A DNA stretch of 64,000 nt, from positions 93,558,001-93,622,000 of the forward strand of contig OX597816.1 of assembly GCA_951406725.2 (NCBI GenBank), given 5' to 3'. The notes under the pieces were generated by a model. That model was given only the letters and a program-made list of their open reading frames with translations, did no database searches and had not been told where the DNA came from. The stretch is from Octopus vulgaris (Eukaryota). This document shows positions 11,479-24,420 of the stretch, one piece after another. The translations under genes and the position numbers were made by a program. The number at the start of each line of letters is the position of its first letter. Position 1 is the first letter of the stretch.

Positions 11479-11625
11479 AGGCGTGGCTGTATTCTAAGTT
11501 TGCTTCTCAACCACGTGGTTCCGGGTTCAGTCACCTTGGGTAACTATCTTCTACTATAGCCACGGGCCGACAAAAGCCTTGTGAATGGATTTGGTAAACA
11601 GAAACTGAAAGAAACCAGTTGTAAA
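11479..11625 (+). mobile_element. SINE family B 5' fragment
   Basis: 'ggcgtggctgt...ccacgtggttccgggttcagtcaccttggg...gccttgtgaatggatttggt'. Confidence 0.8.
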
Positions 11626-12787
11626 TATATGGAATTAAGAATTATTTTTATGCATTTGTGTACATATAAAAAATTTTAAATATTATTTTACAGAATAATA
11701 GAATTAAAATTTCTTTGATTAAAACCCTTTCTTACATGGAAGATCCATTGAGCATTTGAGGCACATAATGCTTTATGAGTACAGAAACGGAAACTCTGCA
11801 CCCGAAGCGACTCGAAACATACTCTCAGTTTATGGGAAAGGATGCTTGAATGAAAGAACTTGTAGAAGATGGTTTGCAAAATTCAGAAGTGGCGATTTCA
11901 GCCTTGAAGATGAAGATCGAACAGGACGTCCAGTTGAGTTTGATGATAAGCTCCTTGAGACATTACTTGAAGAAAATCCTGCATTATCAGTTGAAAAATT
12001 GGCAGTAAAGATTAGTTCAAAACATAAAACTTGGAAAGGTTCCTAGACTTGGAATATGGGTGCCTCGTGAATTGTCCGAAAGCAACCGCAAATCCCGAGC
12101 TGACATTTGCTCTTCTCTCCATTCTCGCGAACTCATTTCACCCTTTTTGGATATACTTGTCACTGGTGACGAAAAATGGATCTTCTATCGAAATGTTAAA
12201 CTTCACAAACAGTGGTTTGGTAAAAGGGAAAAAGCTCAAACACAACCGAGAAGGGAACTTCATGGGAAAAAGGTTCTTCTCTCTATCTGGTGGGATTGCA
12301 AAGGAGTAATTCACTTTGAATTGTTACCACCTAACGCAATAATCAATGCTGAAGTCTACTGTCAGCAATTAGAGCATTTGAACCAAGCTTTGAAGGAAAA
12401 AAGACCCGCTTTAGTGAATCGAAAAGGAGTGATGTTTCATCAGGACAATGCGGACCCCACACTGCAAATATCATTTCACAGAAGATCCTCTTCCACCTTA
12501 TTCTCCCGACCTTGTTCCTTCAGACTACCATTTGTTTCGTAGTTTACAGAATCATTTGAGGGACATAACTTTCGTAAGCCAGGAGGAGGTCGAATCTGAC
12601 ATTTCAGAGTTCTTCGTTTTGAAACCAAAAGATTTTTACAATGAAGAGATTAAAGAGCTTGTAAATAGATGGAAGGAAGTCATAGATAATCAGGGAAAGT
12701 ACATTGATTATTAAATTTCAATTATATAACATTTGATCACTTGTTTCATTTATTCAAAATTCGGACGGAACTTATGGGATGACCTGA
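11626..12787 (+). mobile_element. Mariner (DD34D) transposon with frameshifted, internally deleted transposase (about 11736-12714); 3' TIR present, 5' TIR not seen
   Basis: ORFs 11756-12046, 12060-12542 and 12448-12714 give 'RRWFAKFRSGDFSLED', WVPRELS, 'LVTGDEKWIFY', 'FHQDNA' and 'YSPDLVPSDYHLF'. The terminal 'cggacggaacttatgggatgacctga' is followed by TA. Confidence 0.92.
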
Positions 12788-13027
12788 TACATATATACAA
12801 ACTTGTTACCAGTTCAAATATGCTCGAGGCATATTCGAACTTAAAAGATAGCCATTCGCTGTATTCATCACGGCGAAAATTTCTCAGTGTAGAAAAATAC
12901 GCCGATTCATTTCACAGCGCTCTCCATCAAGACTGTTGGATGCATACATTTCAGGGTGGTTATCTCCTCTTCAGCAGCAAAGAGTCGAAAGCAGGTGCTG
13001 CGAACTGAGACGAGAGCCAAGTCCCTG

Positions 13028-13091
<64 letters not shown>

Positions 13092-13145
13092 AATTATATA
13101 TATTTTCACTGGAATATATACATATATTATTACTTTGGCTTCAAT

Positions 13146-13345
13146 CGGTGAGCTGGCAGAATCGTTAGCATGCCGGGCAAAATGTTTAGCGGTACTAGTC
13201 TGTCTTACGTTCTGAGTTCAAATTCCACTGAGGTCGACTCTGCCCTTCATCGTTTCAGGGGCGATAAAATAAGTACAGTTTGGGAACCCTGATTGATGTA
13301 ATCCTCTCCGCAAAAATGTCAGACCTGGTGCCTGTAGAAAGAATT
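13146..13345 (+). mobile_element. SINE family A
   Basis: 'cggtgagctggcagaatcgttagcatgccgggcaaaatg...ttctgagttcaaattcc...gaggtcgact'. Confidence 0.8.
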
Positions 13346-15571
13346 ATTATTTTGTTTTCTTACAATTCGAAATAAACATAGGTGAAATCAATTCTTCCTG
13401 CCCTCCTTTCACTCTCTCAAGCACTTTGACCCAATGATTATCTTAGTTACAACTCAACATAACTTGGATCTTAAATTGATCTTCTTGAAAAGAAACGATT
13501 TATTCTAATTACATAACTAAAAAAGAAGACAAAAAAGTTTAGCATGATCTATGTTGGTGTGCCGTGGGAAGAAATTTTAATATGGTTTTCTGGCAGGACC
13601 TTTAATCGGAAAATGAGTCTTACTGAATAGACTCCATGTTGTCTCCTCGAATTCAAGTAATTATATTATATTATTTAATTTGATTTCTTTGTTATTCTTT
13701 CACCTCTTTAAGCGCCCACCTCCTTCTCCCTTGTTCTTACACTTGCGTCTTCTGACTTTATAACCAGCCGACGACTATGTCAGCATGGTCTGTTGAGAAA
13801 CGATCCACATTTATTTCCTATTTGTAACGGTCTTTATAATTGTAAACACACACACACACGGGAACCCTGGAGATTCGTACACGCATACACAAGCACACAA
13901 GCACACACACACACGCACATACACACACGTATGCAAATCATCAATTATGTACAAATATACAGACGACACTGCCAGCCATTTACCACCCTACAACAACACG
14001 TCATTGCGTACGCACACGACAACAAATCATTCTCTAAATCCTATCATTTCCCGTCTAACTGTTTCATTTTCTGCCCTTTAGTTTCTCGATTTTCTTGACT
14101 TTCGTTCAACGTTCTACTGTACATTCTCTTTCTTGTTTTGTTTTTCACTTTCTATCTTTCTCTCTTCTTTTTCCACCTTTATTTTCTTCACCTTCAACAT
14201 TTCTCCTCTAGTTTTCCTTTTACCTTTTCCCTTTATTTTTCTCCAATTCTTTTTATTACTGTTATTTATTTACTCGGTATTTTTTCTACTGTTATATTCG
14301 CGCGCGCTTCGTACGTACACACACGCACACATACATACACACGCACACACTCACTTACACACACGCACATATACACCACCACAGCCACTGCCGACACTGT
14401 TTCCCATTAGTCTCCTTTTAATTCTCGAATCACGCTTCTCTTGTCATTCTGTTCGTAGCCTGGCCTCCCTCCCTCTCTACTTTTCTCTCTCTACACCTCA
14501 CTCTTACACTCTGTGTCTATCTTTCTCGCAACACGTCTCGCAGTGTAGGCTGGTGTAGGAGAGACGATCCGCCAAACCGGCGACAGTCGATGTTAGGGCC
14601 GTATCATTAAATCCCTAGGGTCAATGGCTTTCTTTTTGACCCTAAGCCTTCGTTATCTGTAGTTCAGACTGACAGAGAACCCCTTCGACTCTGACGCCGG
14701 AGTCTCTATTCAGAGACGTTTCGGCGTTTTATCGCGGGAGAGACAGAAACCGCGCCTCGCTGGCAAAGATAGATTGTTTAGAAATAGAGAGAAGTTACAA
14801 GGCGAACAAGAGAAAGCGAGATAGATAGATAGAGAGAGAGAGAGAGGGAGAGAGATAAGTGAGAAGACTATAAAGTCTCAACTAGTTTGGATAGACTGAA
14901 AAAGAAAAGAACAAGCAGAAATCAATGAAAGGTAGGAAGAAGGAGTGAGAGATGAGGAGTTAAGCGACAGAAAGAAAATAGGAAATTAAAAAGGAGACTA
15001 AATGACTTAAGAATGGCGGCAACTTATTTTTTCTGGTCGTTGTTTTGGTTGATGTATGTTTTATTTATTTGTTTTTGCTATTTCAATGTACTTTTTAATG
15101 TGTTTCATGTTATTGTGTTTGCTGTGTTTTTTTTTTTATTAAATGATTGTTTGATTTGGACAGTTGTGGCGACTATGACGTGTCTTCATGATAATGAAGT
15201 GGGTCCTAGAAACTGTCCTATAACGGGCCGATAACGAACAGTAAAACAGATTTGGTTATCTTTTTCTGTCTCACTGGATTCTTACATTATGTTTGACTAT
15301 GAAGTTGTATAAAAACATATGAACGGTTTTATAAGCAGCTGGGTGTCTGTCTGTTTAGGGACGGGGCCAGCCAGCTTTTAAGGATCTATAATAAATACTG
15401 CCGTTTATTGTTGGTTGTTATTGGTTACCCTTGCAGTGTGGGAATGTGTATATGTGTATCTGCATGTTTATGCATTAAAAGGAGAGAAAACAGAAAGCAG
15501 AGACAGACAGACAAAATTACACTTATATAATCTCCAAATGTTTACTTTTCTTATAAACAAAAAACAAACTT

Positions 15572-16937
15572 GGATCTAGTCGGTTTGGCTGCCAGCATCA
15601 ATTCTGTTCGAATTGATTTCATATTCAGTGTAATAATACACTTTTATTGGCTAATGAATGACGTGAAAATCATTTTCGTATAAATCAATAAAGAGTTATT
15701 AGTAATTAAAGTTTGAAAATTTTGGTAATTTTAGCCAGTCGTAAGCCACAGACACATTCATGCCTGTTTCCATAATAACAAACAGAACATGAGATTTCTT
15801 TTGTTTGCGAGAAAGTGTGTGTCTGTTTCCATAGTACAAGCGGAACCGAGAACTCTTTTATCTGCGAGAAAGCACGTGTGACAAATATATTGAAACCATT
15901 TTGATTAGGGCAGCAAAGTCCTGTAACATCGCTCCTATGAAGAGTCTGAAAACAGGAGAATACTGTGTACCTTCAAGAAAAGGGTGTTATACCCAAAGAA
16001 AGCTATGCAAAAGGAAGAGGCATGTTATGTGTACAAAAAAACGTGGTGGGAACATGTACTGGCGATGCTTGCACCAAGAATGCATGGAGACTGTGTCGGT
16101 GAAGAAAAACACATGGTTTGAAGGTGATACCCTTCCTCTTAGGTCTGTAGTGCTCTTCTTTTACTTATGGATTAAGAAATTGACTTCAGTCCGGTTTTGT
16201 ATTGAAGAACTGGAGATGATTATAACAACTTTGTTAGAGAAATATGTGCGGAGGGCTTGCTCCGTCATCCAATTCAAGTTGGTGGTCTTGGGAAGATTGT
16301 TGAGATCGACGAAACTGTCTTCTCAAGACGTAAGTACAATCGAGGAAGATTCCCACTTGAGCAGTAGGTTTTCGGAGGAGTGTGTCGCGAGACCAGACAG
16401 GTTTTCTTCATGCGGTGCCATGTCGGAATCGTGACACACTAGAAGGATGCATACGTCACTCGATTCTTCCAGGAACCATAATTTTCAGCGCTTTGTGGCG
16501 GTCGTACTCTCACATTCCTGAAATTGATGGTTACAATTTTGTGCATAGAACGGTGAGCCACATCGTTGGGTTTGTTAACCCGAAAGATGGTACCCACACT
16601 CAATAAGTGGGCCTCTGTGAAGCGAGGGAGTAAATGATGCTGTCGCTCTCACGGTTCTATGGTAGACTCATATCTGAATTGATGTGGCGCAGCAGATACG
16701 AAAATTGTGATTTGTTTGAGAAGTGGTTGTGATGCATGCTAAAAATAACAGCTAAATAAATTTTTTTTTGGATAAATCTTTTAAACTAACATAAACATTT
16801 ATTTGTATGAAAGAAAATTACCGGAGTACTTTCATATAATTCTTCCAAATCTTTCTGTTAAAACTGTATTGTAACCATTTGTGGGGAAAAATTTTCGATA
16901 ATTTTTTTAAATGCTGGCAACCAAACCAATTAGATCC
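15572..16937 (+). mobile_element. Merlin (IS1595-related) DNA transposon with both termini and a pseudogenised transposase
   Basis: 27-bp TIRs ggatctagtcggtttggctgccagcat / atgctggcaaccaaaccaattagatcc (3 mismatches) and an 8-bp TSD acaaactt/aaaaactt. Translated remnants are 'WRC...VSVKKNTWFEG', 'VGGLGKIVEIDETVFSRRKYNRGR' and 'ILPGTIIFS..WRSY...HRTVSH..GFVNPKDGTHTQ'. Confidence 0.9.
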
Positions 16938-17329
16938 AAAAACTTAAATATTTGACACTGAATAATTTTATCTTGCAAATATATCAGTACGTGCTCGCTT
17001 GATTAATTAAATTATTTCAGTAGCACGTGTTTTAGAAACAGCACTGGATTCATTTTTGAATTCAATTTCTTATTGTTTGGCTAATGAGTTCAAAACCTGA
17101 TTGTCGTTACACCGACTGTATTCATAATACACTGGATCAAGCATCTCCTCTACTGAATAGAAAATGTATATTTTCTCTTATTTCCAGACACTTCTCTCGC
17201 CGTATTATGTGCGAAAATCTTTTTTATTAATGATACGTAATGAAAAATCTTATCTACTCTTTGAGCATGGAGTTTCACGTACTTTCCTCAGAAATGGCTG
17301 AATGAATGGGGTTTAAGATAGCCATCTCG

Positions 17330-18155
17330 CTCATCGATGATCAGCTATCTTCTTTATTCCTTTGTGAACAATATTCACATTGAATTGGAATGCACTTCCA
17401 ACATCTCGTGACTTCTCTCAATTTCTTAGATATCATTGTTTCCCAAATCAAACAATATCTCTCGAACTTCATCCTTTGCAAGCCAAGCAACTCCCATTCC
17501 AATCTCCAATTTCCATTCCATTTATCCATCAATTTTCGTCGCCCATTATTCCTGTGGGGAGGCGGAGTCGTGGAGGTTGAGTCCTCAGCACATCCTCCAT
17601 AGGGTCCTATCAGAAGCAATCGTCTTTGTAACTCCCGGATGTATTCCAAAGCGTAAACTAACGAAACCATGAATATTATCCAACCGACTCGCTTGTTGTC
17701 TATTCCTACGTTTCCTTCCCGTTGACTCAGTTAAAAGATCTTATCTTGCAATCATTTTTTGTGACATTCCAATCATATGCCCATGACAGAGGAACTGAGA
17801 CCACTCAATGCAGAGAAGTAACAGCTCGGTCGGGAGCGACTATCCAATACTCAAGCTACGCGCCTTGTCGAGTAACGTTACCCCAGAGTTCCTTCAGACG
17901 AATCCTATTTCAGTCGCTTGTATTTGTGATCGTATTCTTTTGGTTATTCCCCAACATTCATGAGCATAGGTGAGGATAGGCACGAAAGCCGAATTGAAGA
18001 TAACAAGTTTGGTTTTTCTGAGAATCAAATTCGGATGCTGGCGCATTACTGTGTTAGCACATGCAATTGTCGCATCCAATTAAGTCTTCTGCATCCCATC
18101 ACTCTTGAATACGGATTCGAGATACATAAACTACTCCACTTGCTTCCTTGAGAGA
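17330..18155 (-). mobile_element. RTE-like LINE 3' fragment
   Basis: ORF 17894-18079 'KTKLVIFNSAFVPILTYAHECWGITKRIRSQIQATE' is typical of the RTE post-RT region. Confidence 0.7.
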
Positions 18156-18169
18156 GTTCATGAATATAT

Positions 18170-18590
18170 TTCATAGTAAAAGTCCCGAGCTTTTTCAATC
18201 AGCTCGGTGGCATCTGCACTAGGATAATACACCGATCCAAAATGCCATCCCGGTAACCAACAAATTGACAGAGACATGCATCATAACTGACCCTAATTCT
18301 TCCCACAATTCAGACCTTTCTCCCTCTGACTTTTGATTCTTCCCCAAACTGAAGAAGAACCTCAGAGAGTCGTTTCGAGGACATTAAGAAGATGAAGGAA
18401 GGTGTGACAAGGGTCCTGGAACCTTAATTTTGGAGAACTTTCACAGGGTTTTTATGAAATGGCTGGAAGGCTTCAAGTGCATCGAAGTCATCAAGCAGAT
18501 CTGACTATGAAGATTAGAGTTTTCTACTGTTTTGATATTAATAATTGACTGTCCTGAAGAATTCACAAAAGTTCTAGAATGTATCTTATA
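18170..18590 (+). mobile_element. Mariner transposase 3' fragment
   Basis: 'tcagacctttctccctctgacttttgattcttccccaaactgaagaagaacctc' translates to (S)DLSPSDF*FFPKLKKNL, followed by RFEDI. Confidence 0.7.
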
Positions 18591-18860
18591 TATACATGAC
18601 TGTTCTTTTATTTCTAGACAATAAGCCTGACCTTTGCTTCAATGACATGTCAACTTTGGAGAACTCTTGATTCTTATAATTATCTTCCCTTCTCATTTGG
18701 GGCTGGTTTCTGTTGCTATTTTGTAAGTGTGATACATCATCTAGAAGCGAAAATAATTGTGATAAATCAAAAATTTATGTTCTAAGGTATTTGACATACG
18801 TGTATTTGTGTTGTTCATATACATACCACTGGCCATTCATTATTTCTCCTAGTTCATTTG

Positions 18861-18892
<32 letters not shown>

Positions 18893-18952
18893 TGTATGTA
18901 TGTATGTATGTATGTATGTATGTATGTATGCATGTGTGTATGCATGTATGTG

Positions 18953-18999
<47 letters not shown>

Positions 19000-19338
19000 T
19001 ATATATATTGAGAGAAGGAGAGAGAGAAAAAGAGAAAGCGAGAGCGATGAGCGCGCATGTATGTATATATTGGTGCGATGAATAATCTCCTTAACTCTGG
19101 GGTCAGCAAGACACGCTGAAGATGAACTAAGAATTTTTCACAAAGTTCAAAATCTCGGTCATACGAGTATGTCTGGCTTTTTCGATTTTCGATTATTTCC
19201 GTCATTGGTACGAGGTTTTAGGATTTATAATTCCTTTGCCCGCTTACACCATTGTGTTTATGTGAAAATTTGTGGTTTGGTCATTGTGACTGCTATATTT
19301 AACATGCCGGTACTATTTGTTAGTACCCTTAATTATTA

Positions 19339-19780
19339 CAGGGTGCCTTGAATAAACTGTCGTCTAAATTACACAAAAATAAAGATAACATTGATACCTC
19401 ATTTTAACAGTTATATTTACCAAAATTACATAAAAGTATCTTGAAATGCTAAAGAGTAAATTTATTCAATGACATTGCCATTGGCTTCAGCCACGGCCTC
19501 CAGACGGCTTCGGAATCTCCTGCATCTCTTCTGGAGTCTCCTTGTTTCAGTTAGTGAATGCGGCCATGATCCTTGCCTTCAATTCATCTTTGTTGGTCTC
19601 TCGCTTAACTATGCCCCACTCATTATAATCAAGGGGTTGCAGACTGGAGAGTTAGGTGGCTAGATGTTAGGAATGATGTGGTCGCAGAAATTGTCTGACA
19701 GCTATGACTAGTCCCTCCTACTTGTGTGGCATGGTACAGAGTCCTGTTGCTAGACATAGGGTCTTCCAGCAGCAACCCTC
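19339..19780 (-). mobile_element. maT/DD37D-type Tc1-mariner 3' fragment
   Basis: The minus strand gives PYV*QQDSVPCHTSRR...NFCDHIIPNI*PPNSPVCNP(L)DY, with 37 residues between the last two Asp after allowing a 1-nt indel. The terminus is TA|cagggtg. Confidence 0.75.
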
Positions 19781-20019
19781 CTGTCTCAAAGTGATGAACC
19801 CAAAATTCATCCTATGTTAGAAAACATTCAAGGAAACCAACTGAATCTGCTTCAAATAATGTCAGATTTTCCCGTGATGTGTTCGGCCTGGTGCGCTTTT
19901 GAGCAGGTATCAGTAGACTTGGCACCGACCGAGCAGATACCTTCGTAGTACTATGTTCATTGCGCAGGATATTTTTCCACGTGATATGCTAATTGCATTG
20001 ACTATATGATTTATAGTCA

Positions 20020-20460
20020 ATCACTTGTCATCCATCACTATGTGGTGAACACAGTAAATATTTTCCTCGGTGGTGGAAGTTGCAGAATGTCCACCCCTTG
20101 GGTCATCTTTAAGGCTCTCCATTCCTCTCCTAAATTCAGATGCCCATTTTTGCACTGTTGGTAAAGTTGGAGTGTCATTCCCTACTGTAGTAACTATGTC
20201 AGTATGAATGTCCTTGAGGACCTAACCGTTTTTCTGCAGATACTTGATAACTACACGTTACCAAATTTTGCCTATTTTCAAGAGAAGTCCCTACTAGTTA
20301 CTTTTGAATCTTCTTTGAACACTCAGATATCAGATTACCTGAAAGTAAACTTTGTAGTTATTAATAAGTAGAGTTGAAATTAATGCATGTAAGATCTCCC
20401 AGCGCTAATATCACTCCTTCATAGTCAGCCATTGAACTTTTCGGCCAACCTTGTCTTATA
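20020..20460 (-). mobile_element. Mariner 5'/N-terminal fragment
   Basis: The minus strand gives 'TVQKWASEFRRGMESLKDDPRGG', the mariner HTH-linker motif. Confidence 0.65.
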
Positions 20461-20789
20461 CAAACTCACTGTGAACAGTAAAAGGGAGATTAAATGGTTG
20501 ATGCCGTTCTGGATTGTCACGTTTTCATCAGTAATCGAATACTCTATATTTTAGGTCAACTATTAAACTTTATTTAAAGCCATTGTTGTTACACATATAT
20601 CTAGATAAATTAAACTGATGTATATGAATTAAACTGATTTGAGTATCATTTTCGGCTGTTCTGTTACGCACATTACTGAATTGCCAGCAGTGTTCATTTT
20701 TGATTCTATGCTTTACTATGGAGTATCATTTCCCCCCAGATTTTAACGATTCTGATAGCTCAATAATGATGATAATGATAACAATGATA

Positions 20790-21250
20790 ATATTTATTTC
20801 TACTATAGGCTCGAAGCTTGAAATTTTGTGGGAGGTAGCGAGTCGATTACATTGACCCCACTGGCACTTATTTCATTGAACCTGAAAGGATGAAAGGCAA
20901 AATCGAACTCTGTGGAATTTGAACTCAGAACGTAAAGCTAGACGAAATACCACTAAATATTTTATCTGTTGCAGTAACGATTCTGCCAGCTCGTCACCTA
21001 ACTAATAATGATAACTGTTTCTTTATTGCACACAAGGGGCTAAACATAGAGGGGACAAACAAGGACAGACAAACGGATTAAGTCGATTACATTGACCCCA
21101 GTGCGTAACTGGTACTTAATTTATCGACCCCGAAAGGATGAAAGGCAAAGTCGACCTCGGCGGAATTTTAACTCAGAACGTAAAGCTAGACGAAATACCA
21201 CTAAATATTTCATCTGTTGCAGTAACGATTCTGCCAGCTCGTCACCTAAC
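20790..21250 (-). mobile_element. SINE family A, duplicated/dimeric copy
   Basis: Two copies of 'gaaaggatgaaaggcaaa.tcga.ctc...aactcagaacgtaaagctagacgaaataccactaaatattt...aacgattctgccagctcgtcacctaactaataatgataac'. Confidence 0.85.
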
Positions 21251-21496
21251 TAATAATGATAACATCACCAACAACTATCCGAATAGAAATATCGACGGAT
21301 TGAAAATATAGAAAGGGTTGAACATTAAAATCTGTAACAACTAAACTTTTTTTTTGTCTGTCACAATATTCTATTACACTCAGTTTAAAGTCATGTAACT
21401 GCTTTCCGCTCTTGCGTTCCTTTCACTCAACATTCACTCACTCACTCACTCACTCACTCACTCACTCACTCACTCACTCACTCACTCACTTACTCA

Positions 21497-21552
<56 letters not shown>

Positions 21553-21774
21553 TACACACTCACTCTTCGTTTCTTCCTTGGACTAACCACTTGACAGCGT
21601 AACAACTATTACTTATCTCCTACTACAAGTCGTTAAAAATTCACTCTCCCTCTTTTTCTTTCTTCCTCTTTTTCTCTCTCGTTCTTCGCCTCTTCCTTCA
21701 GCTAACCACGTTACAGCATTAAGCATTTAGCCTAAGCGTATTAATATATAAATAATGATAAATAATAATCCTAT

Positions 21775-21910
21775 CTATTTTAGGCACAAAGCCTGAAATT
21801 TTGGGAGCATGTGTGCAGTCGATTATGGCAAACCCAGTGTTCAACTGGTACTTATTCTAACGAGCTCGACAAGATGAAAGGTAAAGTCAACCTCGGCAGA
21901 ATTTTGATTT
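21775..21910 (-). mobile_element. SINE family A 3' fragment
   Basis: 'aggcacaaagcctgaaattttgg...aactggtacttatt...gatgaaaggtaaagtcaacctcggcagaattt'. Confidence 0.7.
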
Positions 21911-22367
21911 CGAAGAGCAGACAAGCACTTCAACATATGCGGACCCGGTCAATAGAAACTACATCATCCAACATATGAACAAAGATTGATTGTAATTACT
22001 CATTTGAGGGCACACAAAATGCCCCTCCGCTCGCCGGGAGGCAAAACTATTATTTTCTAATTTTCATTTATTCAAACAAACCATCAGGTTGAGTGGCCAT
22101 TTTTTCCAACATTCTTAATTTCAGAGTTTGTCTCTGATTCGTGGCATAGGCAAAGTTAATTTTGTAACTGTCTGCACTGTGCACTGCGTTGCGCAAATTT
22201 CCAATGCATCTTTTTATGTTAAAATATGTTCGTTTGTGTTTTTCTATTATTTTTAGAAGTATGAATGAACGTGTTCAAGTTGTTTGCAATTGCATTTGTT
22301 TGTCATATACCTTTCCCCCACATAGCTGATACTAAAGAATTTCAAAATAATAATAATAATAATAACC

Positions 22368-22860
22368 ATGCTGGACGTTTGTTTGTTCACAATCAAGAGA
22401 GTCCCAGTAAAATCCCCGTAAGCTACGATCCTAATATAATACCAAGATATATTTATATCTAAAAGAATACAAGATATGCATGCAATTTTAAATTTATTTA
22501 AATTATTGCTGTATCTTAAATGTAGAATTGAACTTAATTATCCCGTCCTCAAATATAATTAATTTCTCGAAAGTAGCTTTTACCCTACAAGGTAAATTCT
22601 CATTCTTCCTCTGTAATTCAGTCCTCGTTCTCTTTTCCTTTCTCTCCTTCTTCCTCCTCCTCCTTCTCCCTCTCTTTCTCTACTTCTCCCTCTCTGCAAA
22701 GCACAATTTTTAGTTGCTACTAGAAGCATGCTGGACGTTTATTCATTTACAATCAACAGAGTCCCAGTCAAAACTCCGTAAGCTATGATCTTAATATAAT
22801 ACCCCGATATTTATCTATATCTAAAAAATATATGACATGTCTCTGCAACTTTCAATTTAA
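22368..22860 (+). repeat. Diverged about 130-bp direct duplication (copies at 22368 and 22728)
   Basis: 'catgctggacgttt...caatcaa.agagtcccagt.aaa...ccgtaagcta.gatc.taatataatacc' occurs twice, 360 bp apart. Confidence 0.75.
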
Positions 22861-23299
22861 TTCTCGACAGAATCTTTTCCTGTTTGGGCAGTAAGGAGCA
22901 CTGCAGTAGGCACTTTCTCTTAGAGGTTATGCGCCCACCTTACCGCCCCCTCTACCATCTTCCTTATGTCCAATATATACCTCACTTCCGTGTCTACAAC
23001 CACTCCTAAGCAGTCCTCCTATTCTTGCTAACGATCTGAATGGATTATACTGACATTGCTGTGTTAAATGTCTTCATCCCCTTCCTAGTTGATCCTTCTT
23101 TCCTTTCCCTTCTATCTATTTATTCTCCCTATCCCCCTCTCTCTATTTCTCTCTTAGATTTTGTTTTCTGTTAATGCCAGAGTGATGAAGCGAGATGAGT
23201 GCCCATCACTTCTAAAATGTCCCAATGGCCAGCGCAAGACCGATCCCCTAAGTCAAGCCCGACTCCTCCGCTAAACCAACAAGAGAAAAGAGGGAAAAG

Positions 23300-24420
23300 G
23301 CGAGTATCTGACACTTTCAAATAACCAGTGCTCCGGGTAGGCTGTACTCGTTAGCCTTAGATGACAAGTAGCCTAGGAGAAGAACCACTCTGAGTTCAAA
23401 ACCAAGGGATCAAGGCCCCTGCCGCCTTGGCGGACTACCTCAATAGAGATGATGTCTCGATAAAAATACCTGTTGGTGATAACGTAAAAACACACCACAA
23501 TTGTGAGTGAAAATGCCAAACAAAAATATCGACGATAACGGTGTAAACGGGACTGGAGCCAGTGACGAAGGTGCCGCACTTGGCAGGTGTCCCACTGTGC
23601 ATCAGAGTGGGCCCGGTCGTAATCCAGCCACTGTTGGTCATGCTACAAGACATAAGTAGAGTAATCAAGTAAAAATGATGGTTATGGAGTGTTACTACCG
23701 GAGCACCCAATTGGATGCAAATGGCGTGTCTGCCAGAGGGTACAGAAAACAAATGCACAGTGCATGGAAGACAATGAATCTGTCTGAAATTACTGAACAG
23801 AGATTATATGACCAAGCAAGAACAGTATGAAAGAATGGATGGTTAACAGAATTGGAGCTAGAAGCTATTAAAAGAAGGTTATCGGGTAATGCTGGGCATG
23901 TAAGAAACGAAAGTGGTATAGCGGAAGAGGTGGACAATTGCTTGCAAGGGTATAACTACCGTGAACTGTGAAAGAATTGAGATCAGTGACTACTCAAACA
24001 ACGAAGATCGATTAATAATAGACAGCATTTTGTGTCTATTAAATACAGAAGAGACAGAATTTATGTGCAACTTAAGAAGGCTAACTAATGGAGACTAAAT
24101 CAAGAGACGAGTAAAGTCAATAATGTAGTGAAAGACATTGAAACAAAGAACATTACACAAACAAACAATCTTATCAAGGCTGTTAGTAGAACTGTGGCAG
24201 AACAGAACAAAACATCGCTTTTCTGAACAGCGATGCATAGAAGAGGAAATAAACAACCTTGGTGGAAAAAGAGAATTTCAGAAGATATAAATTCTTTAAA
24301 CAGTGTAGTGTCAATACTTGTCAGGAAAAGAAATGGAGATCTTAAGAATGAATGGAAATTCGAAAAAGTTAGGAAGAAATCTGGTGTAGATACAAAAGGC
24401 CTGAACGAAGCAAAAACAAA
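23300..24420 (+). mobile_element. R4/Dong(Rex6)-like non-LTR retrotransposon, 5'/N-terminal remnant
   Basis: 'TEQRLYDQAR...NGWLTELELEAIKRR', 'NITQTNNLIKA' and 'QPWWKKRI' are homologous to the element at 25640. Confidence 0.7.

Noticed and set aside
11756-12714. Possible domesticated SETMAR-like gene
   Set aside because: There are frameshifts and deletions between catalytic residues, a TIR is adjacent and no SET domain is present. It is a dead mariner.
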